Shown here piece by piece: positions 9,286 through 17,274 of a DNA stretch of 35,125 nucleotides. The stretch is taken from contig JAFGKV010000038.1 of NCBI GenBank assembly GCA_016928395.1, positions 1-35,125 on the forward strand, written 5' to 3'. The notes under the pieces were generated by a model. It worked only from the letters and a program-made list of their open reading frames with translations, ran no database searches and had not been told where the DNA came from. This DNA is from Candidatus Fermentibacterota bacterium (GTDB taxonomy: Bacteria; JAFGKV01). How positions within the stretch are numbered: position 1 is the stretch's first letter; every line of letters begins with the position of its first letter. The position numbers and the translations under genes were made by a program.

Positions 9286-10368
9286 ATGGCGCCAGCCACC
9301 CCTGGCCCGGACGCTCCGGTTGCGTGCCGTGTGTGCGGCGGGCCGGCCCTCTCGCGCACCGTGGGCGTGTGCCGCGCATGCCTCATGGCCGATCCCGCAG
9401 CCTCCGGGCGTATCCATGCAGTTCGCCGGGCCTCTCGAGCCCGGTTCGGCCTTCCGGAGGCGCCACCCCGGACTGCGGACGGAATCCGTTGCGCCGAGTG
9501 CGCCAATCTCTGCAGTATTCCTGAGGGCGCTCGCGGCTTCTGCGGCCTGCGCACCGTGCGAGATGGCCGCCTCATTCATCTCGCCGGCACCCCATCTAGG
9601 GGCTTGCTGCGCTGGTATCGTGATCCTCTTCCCACCAATTGCGTGGCAGACTGGGTATGTCATGGAAGCCGGCAGCCGGGCCGCAGCAACCTGGCGGTGT
9701 TCTACGCCAGTTGCACCATGGACTGTATCTTCTGCCAGAACTGGCACTTCCGGTCGATGTCGCCGGAGGGTGCCACGGTATCCGCTCGGGAACTGGCCGA
9801 TGCCGTGACGCCGCAGACCTTCTGCGCGTGCTTTTTCGGCGGAGATCCGGCCTCGCAGATGGGGCATGCCCTGGCTGCGGGGAAGACGCTGGCCGGCCGA
9901 GGAATACGGGTATGCTGGGAGACCAACGGCACCATGCATCCCCGGCTTCTTGACGCGGCCATGAACCTCTCCCTGCATTCGGGCGGCTGCGTCAAGTTCG
10001 ACCTGAAGGCGTGGGATGATCGGCTGCATCACGCCCTCACCGGCGTCCCCAACCGTCGCCCGCTGGAGAACTTCGCCCGCATAGGGGCCCGGTTCTCCCA
10101 GCGGCTTGACCCACCGCTCCTGGTGGCTAGTACGCTGCTGGTGCCGGGCTATGTGATGCCTGAGGAGGTAGGCGCCATCGCCCGCTTCATCGCTTCCATC
10201 GACCCTCGCATTCCCTATACTCTCCTTGCCTTTGCGCCGATGTACTTGCTGAGCGACCTGCCCGCCACCTCATTCACTCACGCCCGTGAGGCCGAAGAGG
10301 CGGCCCTGGCCGCCGGATTGGAGAGGGTGCGCATCGGGAACCGGCATCTCCTCACCGACGGCGTGTGA
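9286..10368 (+). CDS. Radical SAM protein (AmrS/PFL-activase-like) with Cys-rich N-terminus
   Basis: CTMDCIFCQNW (CX3CX2C), FFGGDP, ETNG, KFDLKA; N-terminal CxxC pairs and CAECANLC...GFCGLR. Confidence 0.88.
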   Translation: MAPATPGPDAPVACRVCGGPALSRTVGVCRACLMADPAASGRIHAVRRASRARFGLPEAPPRTADGIRCAECANLCSIPEGARGFCGLRTVRDGRLIHLAGTPSRGLLRWYRDPLPTNCVADWVCHGSRQPGRSNLAVFYASCTMDCIFCQNWHFRSMSPEGATVSARELADAVTPQTFCACFFGGDPASQMGHALAAGKTLAGRGIRVCWETNGTMHPRLLDAAMNLSLHSGGCVKFDLKAWDDRLHHALTGVPNRRPLENFARIGARFSQRLDPPLLVASTLLVPGYVMPEEVGAIARFIASIDPRIPYTLLAFAPMYLLSDLPATSFTHAREAEEAALAAGLERVRIGNRHLLTDGV

Positions 10369-10543
10369 CAGCCATTCTGGCTGCATCCGGGGGTGGTCTC
10401 TCAGAAGGGCGTGGAATGCCCCGGTGGCGCCGCACACGACGGGAAGAGGTGATGCCGTCTCCTCATCTCTGCCGCGGTCGCCCTCAGCGATCTGCCCGGG
10501 CCGACTCTCGACCAGTCTCCACCACCCGAGAGCATCTCTGGAG

Positions 10544-10579
10544 TGTTCATTGGTGAACAAAGCCAGTCGAATGTGAACA
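10544..10579. promoter_or_regulatory. Putative enhancer (UAS) for a sigma-54 activator
   Basis: Palindrome TGTTCA-TTGG-TGAACA (TGT-N10-ACA) at 10544-10559 plus a second TGAACA 20 bp downstream. Confidence 0.4.
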
Positions 10580-10690
10580 GCATGGGGCCACCCCATCCCG
10601 GGCCGGCATGCCTAGCGGGACCGTCCGTCGACTCTGCCGTTACGGGGCTTCCTTGACCCTCACGGTGAGAGTGAGTTCGGTCCTTCGAAT

Positions 10691-10705
10691 GGGCATGGTT
10701 CCTGC
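10691..10705 (+). promoter_or_regulatory. Putative sigma-54 (-24/-12) promoter
   Basis: GGGCATGGTTCCTGC = GG-N10-GC, about 55 nt upstream of the GTG at 10762. Confidence 0.45.
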
Positions 10706-10761
10706 GAGACGTGGTGTTCTCAGCCCGCACCGGAACCGATCGCAACTCAATGGAGGATTCC

Positions 10762-13700
10762 GTGGTTCGCATGCTCATGCCCGTGGTGGTCTTGGTCATC
10801 TCGCTGGTTCCTCAGGTCTGTGCCGCGGTTGAGGCCCTCGTCATTGTCCCGCAGCACTACGGAGCCAACGCGTTCTTCTACCTGAACGACTTCCGGCTGT
10901 TCGGCTGGCACATCACCATCACCGGCACCGCCGATACCATCGCGGCGTGTGCCGGTTTCGCCGGTCCGCTGGGATGTCCCCCTTTGGGTGTTGACCTGAG
11001 ACTGGACGAAATCACGGACATCACCGCCTACGACGTGGTTGCCATCATGTCCTCTGCCCAGCCCGGCACCTCGCCCGCGCAAGACTTGCTGAACAGCCCC
11101 CATGCCCTGGATCTGATCCACACCGCCGTCGATTCGGGGTTGGCGGTGGCTGCCTGGTGTGCTTCGGTGAGAGTGCTGGCGGCAGCGGATGTTCTGGACG
11201 GCGTCAGCGTCACGGGTAGCCCCGCCTATCAGAGCGAGTATGAAGCAGCGGGGGCCACTTTTGTGGGCGGGAACCACTATCCGGTGGTCGATGAAAACAT
11301 CGTCACCTGTGCCCGGGGCCGCTACTTCCATCAGGAGAACGCCAATGCCGTGGCCCGGGCTCTGGAATGCAGCCGGCGTAGCCAGCGCCATTGGGGAGCG
11401 ACCCTCGCTCCCCCGGCCGATCAGACCCGGAACGCGCAGGCTCGCGAGGAACCGGTGTGGTCGACCACCCTGGGCGGCAGCGGCAGTGATCTCTTTGTGG
11501 CGAGCTGTCATGCTCCCGACGGTGGTGTTGCGGCACTGGGACTTACCCACTCCCAGGGTTCGGGCCTGTCGGATGTCCTTTTAGCCCTCTTTGCATCCGA
11601 CGGGAGCGTGCTGTGGAGCCGAACCTATGGCGGATCAGGGTGGGAGAGCGGCGAGGCGATCTGTCCGGCCCAGGGTGGAGGGTACCTCCTGGCGGGAAGC
11701 ACGACCTCATCAGGCGCTGGGGGGCGGGACATCCTGCTGCTGCGGGTGGATCAGGCGGGCAACGAGGTATGGTCGCGCACCTTCGGGGGCACCGAGATGG
11801 ACCGGGCGACATCGGTGGCGCAGGGCTCAGATGGCTCCATCGTGGTGGCAGGCTACACCGAATCCTACGGCGCAGGGGAGGACGACGTTTTCGTGGTGAA
11901 GACCGACGCGAACGGCGCCGAGATCTGGACCAGGACCATGGGCAGCAGCAGCTCCGAGCGGTCGGGCGCCATCTCGCCTACTGCCGACGGCGGGTATGTC
12001 ATGACCGGCTCCACCGGAGGGTTCGGCGCCGCCAATCGTGATGTCTGGCTCGTGAAGCTTCGTGAGGACGGCTCCGAAGAGTGGTTTCGCATCTACGACG
12101 GAGTCAGCGGCGCGCCCGAAGCGGCTATGGACGAAGGCCACGCCGTGGTACAGATGGCAGACGGCGGCTATGCGGTGGCCGGCGTCAGCGACCGGCCCAT
12201 TCCCACCTCAGCCGGCGATCTCCTCTGCGCGTTTCTGATCCGTACGGATCACATGGGCACGGAGCTGTGGCGCCGAAGGTATGGGGAGAACTCTCTTCAG
12301 GATCACGCCAGGTCACTGGTGATGACCGATGACGCCCTGATCATGGCTGGTGCTACCACCGACGCTACCACCGCACGCACGGCTGCCTTGGTGATAGCCA
12401 CCGATCTCGAGGGAAACGAACTCTGGCGCTGCCTCGTGGACGACGAACACCATCAATGGGGCAACGCCGTCTCCCACTCACCCACTACCGTATGCATTGC
12501 GGGATACGCGGAGTCATACGCTGGTGACATGGATGCCTGGGTGGCTGGTCTCTCCACGTTGCGTGCGCGGTTTGGGGCGACGCCTCGATCGGGACACGCT
12601 CCCTTGCCCGTGCAGTTCTTGGACCAGTCATTGGGCGAGGCACTCTCATGGTCGTGGGATCTAGACGGCGACGGTATGGCCGACTCAGACGGGCCCGACC
12701 CCCTCTGGACCTATGCCGGCCCCGGCGTCTACCCGGTGACGCTCACCGTGGGTGACGGAGCGCAGACCTCCATCGCCTTTGAGGAAGACTTCATTCGCGT
12801 GTTCGACGGGGAGTCAGCGTTGGAGTTCAACGGTCAGAGCGGTTCGGCGATCTGCGCGGCATCCCCCTCGTTGAGCGTTGTGGATGCCGTCACCGCAGAG
12901 GCCCTTATCAAGCCCTGCGGCTGGGGAGAGGCGACAGCAACAGGGTATGGGAGGATCGTGGAGAAGACGAGCTTCGGGCTGTACCTTCACGGCCAGGGGC
13001 CGACATACAATGATCAGAGTCTGCTCTTTATGGTGAAGAATGAAAGCGGTCCGCCGAGGATCTGTGCCTCGCCGGCCAATTCCCTCATGCTGGACAGGTG
13101 GCAACACGTCGCTGTCGTGTATGATGCCGTGGCAGGAGTAGCCCTCTTCATCGACGGCGAATCGCAGGAGGTCACGTACTCGACCGTGCCCTCAGGCCCT
13201 CTCAGGGACAATGCCGGCATGGATCTGATTATCGGCAATACTGCCGCAGACAGCTACACCTTTGACGGCATCATCGACGAGGTCAGAGTGTGGCGGGTGG
13301 CCCGGTCAGCCGACGAGATCCAGGACGCCCGCACCCGGTATCTGAATGGTGACGAAGACGGCCTGGCAGGGTACTGGAGGATGAATGAAGGGTCGGGAGA
13401 TTGGCTGGGCGACCTCTCGCCCAATGGAAACACTGCGGCCATCGCCATCGCGAGATGGGCGCAGGGCGGGCTCCCGGCCGGTGTGGCTGACCACGGCGGA
13501 TCAGGCGGGAACACCCCCTCAGCTTTGACGCTCCTCTCCATAGCCCCCAATCCTTTCACCGACCGCACCGCGGTGGCGTTGCAGGTGAGGGTTCCCTTGA
13601 GAATCGAAGCCGCCGTGTTCGACGTTGCCGGGCGCAGGGTGCGCCGCATCATGCGCGGCGAGTTGCCTGCCGGCAGGCATGTTCTGGCCTGGAACGGGCG

Positions 13701-13797
13701 GGATGACCGTGATGTGGCCGTCGCGCCAGGCCCGTATGTGTGGGTTGTACGTGGCGGCGACGGATCGTTCAGCACTCCAGTGGTGATGAATCGGTAG
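10762..13797 (+). CDS. Secreted multidomain protein: signal peptide, DJ-1/PfpI, beta-propeller-like repeats, PKD, LamG-like, FlgD-Ig C-terminal domain
   Basis: Hydrophobic N-terminus after GGAGGA; VAAWCAS and VVDENIVT (DJ-1); repeated WSRTYGG/DGGYV..G; P..VQFLDQS..WSWDLDGDG (PKD); WQHVAVVYD, FDGIIDEVRVW (LamG); PNPF, VFDVAGRRVR, WNGRD, PGPY (FlgD-like). Confidence 0.85.
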   Translation: MVRMLMPVVVLVISLVPQVCAAVEALVIVPQHYGANAFFYLNDFRLFGWHITITGTADTIAACAGFAGPLGCPPLGVDLRLDEITDITAYDVVAIMSSAQPGTSPAQDLLNSPHALDLIHTAVDSGLAVAAWCASVRVLAAADVLDGVSVTGSPAYQSEYEAAGATFVGGNHYPVVDENIVTCARGRYFHQENANAVARALECSRRSQRHWGATLAPPADQTRNAQAREEPVWSTTLGGSGSDLFVASCHAPDGGVAALGLTHSQGSGLSDVLLALFASDGSVLWSRTYGGSGWESGEAICPAQGGGYLLAGSTTSSGAGGRDILLLRVDQAGNEVWSRTFGGTEMDRATSVAQGSDGSIVVAGYTESYGAGEDDVFVVKTDANGAEIWTRTMGSSSSERSGAISPTADGGYVMTGSTGGFGAANRDVWLVKLREDGSEEWFRIYDGVSGAPEAAMDEGHAVVQMADGGYAVAGVSDRPIPTSAGDLLCAFLIRTDHMGTELWRRRYGENSLQDHARSLVMTDDALIMAGATTDATTARTAALVIATDLEGNELWRCLVDDEHHQWGNAVSHSPTTVCIAGYAESYAGDMDAWVAGLSTLRARFGATPRSGHAPLPVQFLDQSLGEALSWSWDLDGDGMADSDGPDPLWTYAGPGVYPVTLTVGDGAQTSIAFEEDFIRVFDGESALEFNGQSGSAICAASPSLSVVDAVTAEALIKPCGWGEATATGYGRIVEKTSFGLYLHGQGPTYNDQSLLFMVKNESGPPRICASPANSLMLDRWQHVAVVYDAVAGVALFIDGESQEVTYSTVPSGPLRDNAGMDLIIGNTAADSYTFDGIIDEVRVWRVARSADEIQDARTRYLNGDEDGLAGYWRMNEGSGDWLGDLSPNGNTAAIAIARWAQGGLPAGVADHGGSGGNTPSALTLLSIAPNPFTDRTAVALQVRVPLRIEAAVFDVAGRRVRRIMRGELPAGRHVLAWNGRDDRDVAVAPGPYVWVVRGGDGSFSTPVVMNR

Positions 13798-13903
13798 GAG
13801 CTTCGCCAGTCCCGCGCCGTCGCCAACGCGCGAGAGCAATCGAATCCGGCCTCCGCCTGTGGCCTTGTGGCGTGGAGCCCAGCCTTCGTCTGGTTTTGGG
13901 GGA

Positions 13904-13923
13904 CTATTCTACTATTAGAATAG
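13904..13923. promoter_or_regulatory. AT-rich inverted repeat, possible repressor operator
   Basis: CTATTCTA-CTAT-TAGAATAG, perfect 8-bp arms in an otherwise GC-rich intergenic region. Confidence 0.35.
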
Positions 13924-14415
13924 CCTTTCGAGCGCTCCTTGGCCACCCCGAGTACTCAGCTTTGGATACCCTGCCGGCAGGAATTCGGGCGTCGGAACGT
14001 GCCACCCGCCCATCGCGAGAAGCACGACTCACATCGTGATTGACTTCGGCGACGAGGCTGCGAGTTTACTGGGTGCGTCATGTGACGCGAGTATCGTCAT
14101 CACACGACATCCTGCCACCCTGCACCTGAAGGCGTGGCCGCAGGGCAGCGCCGCAGATGCGGATCGCGCACTGGGGGCGGGAGAATGGGCCGTTCGTGTT
14201 TGCCGCGAAGGAATTCTTACGGATGAGCAACCAGACCTCGGCATCGGTGTACAGCGCGCGGGCTACGAAGATCTTCGGAGTCCTGGGCATGCCCTCCGCG
14301 TTCCCAGGGAACGGGCGCCCGTGCCTGTCGACTTCCGATCACCTCAGTCCCGCCAGGGTCGGCCAGATTCCGCATCCGCCGTATTCGGCGCGTTGCGCAT
14401 CGTGAGGGAGGCACT

Positions 14416-16605
14416 ATGAAGACCGGATTGGTGTGCATCGGCGCTCTGTTGCTTCTCAGTCCTCTGTTCTGGGGCAACGACAGTTGCATGGCCACGGAAG
14501 ACTTCGCGGCGCGCACGGGCAAGGCCTGTGCGTTCTGCCACGAGACACCCAACGGCGGACCGCTGCACCATGTCGGCATCGCCTATATCCGAAACAGCTA
14601 CCGTTACCCCATTCCTGAGAGGGTTCTTGCCAAGTCGGCGCGCCTGGGAGAGCCGAAGTCGAGGACGATCAGGCTGATCTTCGGCTATCTGCATTTGGTC
14701 GCCGCATGCCTTCTGGTCGGCACCATGTTCTACGTCCACGCGTTCGTGAAACCCTGTTCTCTGAAGGGAGGCATACCGAGGGGAGAACGAATTCTAGGGC
14801 TCATCTGTCTCGCGCTGCTCTTGGCGACGGGGATCCACCTCACCTGGTATCGTCTTGATTCCTTCGCGGCATTCTTCCAGAGCACCTTCGGTACATTGCT
14901 CTTCGTCAAACTGGTCTTGTTTGCGTGCATGCTCGTGTCGGCCCTGATCGCCGTCACCGTCGTACACCGCCGGATGCGCCGGGAGGCGTCCGCTCCTCCT
15001 TCCTCGCATACAGGATTCGCCAGGGGCGACCTGCCCTCGTACGACGGGCAGGATGGCAGGCCAGCGTATGTCCTTTTCCGGGATGTCGTGTACGATGTGA
15101 CGAACAGCCCGAAGTGGAAAGATGGCGGCCATTTCCGGAAGCATGGAGCCGGCCGCGACTTGACCAAGGCCATAGAAGGCGCCCCCCACGGCGACGAGGT
15201 ATTTGCCGGCATGCCGGTGATTGCGAGAGGGGTAGCCGAAGCCCACCCCCCGCACGAGGACGAGGCGATGAGTCGCGTCAGGAAGGTATTTGTCGGGATG
15301 GCATACGGGAACTCGGCCGCGGCGTTTTTCATCCTTCTCTGCGTTGCCTCCTGGCGTTGGGGATTCCCGATTCGCGTAGCGCCGACGGACCACACTCGCA
15401 GGGCCGCGGTCGCGCATAGTTGTGTGGAGTGTCATCAGAAAGAGAAACCCGGCATCTATGCCGACTGGCGTGGCAGCATGCATGCGGCCGTGGGGGTCGA
15501 CTGCGTCGACTGCCACGGGCTGCGCGACGCGACCGATCCCGTGGTGAGTGCCGCGCATCTGAAGAATTCCGCCACGCCAGTGTCCGCCCTGGTCACGCCC
15601 AGGCGGTGCGCGCAGTGCCATCAGGATGAGGTCGAGCAATATGGCAGAAGCAAACATGCCCACACGCTGGAGATCATAGGAACCATCGACAAGTGGATCA
15701 TCCACGGGATGAATAACGAGATTGAGCGCACCACCGGATGCTATGCCTGTCATGGGACTGTCGTGCAGTTCGCCGGGGGAACGGCGGCGGAGGGATCGTG
15801 GCCGAACGTCGGTGTGGGAAGGGCCAATCCCGACGGTTCGCTGGGCAGCTGTACCAGTTGCCACACGCGGCATCGCTTTTCCATCATCGAGGCGCGAAAA
15901 CCCGAAGCGTGCGGCCAATGTCACCTGGGCCCCGACCATCCCCAGATCGAAATCTACACCGAGTCAAAGCACGGCGCGATCTATCATGCCGAAGGCGACG
16001 GGTGGAACTGGAGGCCTGACGATGCGCAGTGGCGCGCCGGCCGCGACTACCGCGCGCCGACCTGCGCCGGGTGCCACATGTCCGAGGCCCCAACGGTCAG
16101 CACGAGTCATGACGTGACGGAACGCCTGGCCTGGGAGTTGCAGGCGCCCTTGACGGTCAGGCCTTCCGAGTTCGCAGCGTTCCCCGCGAAGACCTCGTGG
16201 GAGGCCGAACGAGAGAAGATGCGGCAGGTGTGCCTGCAGTGCCATTCCGAGGGATGGACCTCGGGCCACTTCCGGAATCTTGACCGGCTCATCGAGCACT
16301 ACAATACCGACTACTATGAACCGGTCCATAGGGAGCTGACCAGGCTGTACGCCTCGGGCCTGCTCTCCGAGGAGTCATACTTCGACGAAGACCTGGAATG
16401 GGAGTTCTACGAGTTCTGGCACCATGAGGGCAGACGGGCTCGGATGGGAGCGGCGATGATGGCGCCGGACTATGCGTGGTGGCACGGGTTCTATGAGACG
16501 AAACACCGGTATCTCACCTTCATGGAAGAAGCGGCGCGCCTGAGAACGCACGCTTCGCCGGCCCACCGGCATCTCGATTTCCCCGGGAGGCACCCGGCAA
16601 AGTAG
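14416..16605 (+). CDS. Fusion of monoheme c, CopD-like TM domain, cytochrome b5-like domain and octaheme HAO-family cytochrome c
   Basis: 9 CxxCH motifs (1 N-terminal + 8); 4 TM helices; b5-like YDVT..WKDGGH...HGAGRDLT...APHG; HAO-type CGQCHLGPDHPQIEIYTESKHG and WHHEGRRARMGAAMMAPDYAWWHG; RBS GGGAGG. Confidence 0.9.
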   Translation: MKTGLVCIGALLLLSPLFWGNDSCMATEDFAARTGKACAFCHETPNGGPLHHVGIAYIRNSYRYPIPERVLAKSARLGEPKSRTIRLIFGYLHLVAACLLVGTMFYVHAFVKPCSLKGGIPRGERILGLICLALLLATGIHLTWYRLDSFAAFFQSTFGTLLFVKLVLFACMLVSALIAVTVVHRRMRREASAPPSSHTGFARGDLPSYDGQDGRPAYVLFRDVVYDVTNSPKWKDGGHFRKHGAGRDLTKAIEGAPHGDEVFAGMPVIARGVAEAHPPHEDEAMSRVRKVFVGMAYGNSAAAFFILLCVASWRWGFPIRVAPTDHTRRAAVAHSCVECHQKEKPGIYADWRGSMHAAVGVDCVDCHGLRDATDPVVSAAHLKNSATPVSALVTPRRCAQCHQDEVEQYGRSKHAHTLEIIGTIDKWIIHGMNNEIERTTGCYACHGTVVQFAGGTAAEGSWPNVGVGRANPDGSLGSCTSCHTRHRFSIIEARKPEACGQCHLGPDHPQIEIYTESKHGAIYHAEGDGWNWRPDDAQWRAGRDYRAPTCAGCHMSEAPTVSTSHDVTERLAWELQAPLTVRPSEFAAFPAKTSWEAEREKMRQVCLQCHSEGWTSGHFRNLDRLIEHYNTDYYEPVHRELTRLYASGLLSEESYFDEDLEWEFYEFWHHEGRRARMGAAMMAPDYAWWHGFYETKHRYLTFMEEAARLRTHASPAHRHLDFPGRHPAK

Positions 16606-17223
16606 CCTGATCGCGTGAGGGGATTCGTGGGTGTGGGTTTCCGGATCGGGACGCGCGTCGATGTGGTCTGGCCAGGAGGCGGGATGGGCGCCCCTCGCCT
16701 GCGACACGAAGGAGGAGGAAGGGCAGGGGCGTGAGAAGAGGCGGTTCTCGGCCGGGGGTCCCTTCGTTGACCGGGTGCCGAACGGTCCCCGACTTCGCTG
16801 TCGCCCCGTGACAAGGCGTCACGGTTCGCCGATGTTCTGCAGGGGCTCGCCGGGTAGGCATACGAGACAGCGGCCCGGCCCACCGAATCAGGGACGCGGA
16901 CACATGCTGCCGGATTTGTGAATCGGAGTAGTTCAGGCAGCCTGGTACTATGAGTATCGGTTTCAGCTGTCTTTTCTTTCGTTCACGCCTTTGACCTGCA
17001 GACCCAGCGGGTAGTCGAGGGGGTGAGCGTGATGCGCTCTGCCCGCGCCGACTACTCCTGTGGGGTGTGGCATTCCTCAACAGCACGCCAGCCCGCAGTA
17101 GAGAGAAATCCACCACCACCGTCGCCAAGGGTCATTCAGCAGGCCGGGGAACAGCTCCGTGACGGCGGGCAATGGCAAGGGATTCGAGACTTCCACCCGG
17201 ACACAATGACGCCTTCCGTCGAG

Positions 17224-17238
17224 TGGCATAGGGGTTGC
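17224..17238 (+). promoter_or_regulatory. Sigma-54 (-24/-12) promoter
   Basis: TGGCATAGGGGTTGC, near-consensus TGGCAY-N5-TTGC, 36 nt upstream of ATG 17275 (RBS AAAGGAGGA). Confidence 0.8.
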
Positions 17239-17274
17239 CTATAGACGCAGCGGGGCGATGCAAAGGAGGACGTC

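Noticed and set aside
11450-12560. DNA repeat array
   Set aside because: The repetition is at protein level (propeller-like blades) with divergent DNA; it is not CRISPR or a tandem repeat.
14286-14299. GG-N10-GC upstream of the HAO fusion (GGCATGCCCTCCGC)
   Set aside because: The -12 element is CCGC rather than TTGC; such matches are frequent in GC-rich DNA.
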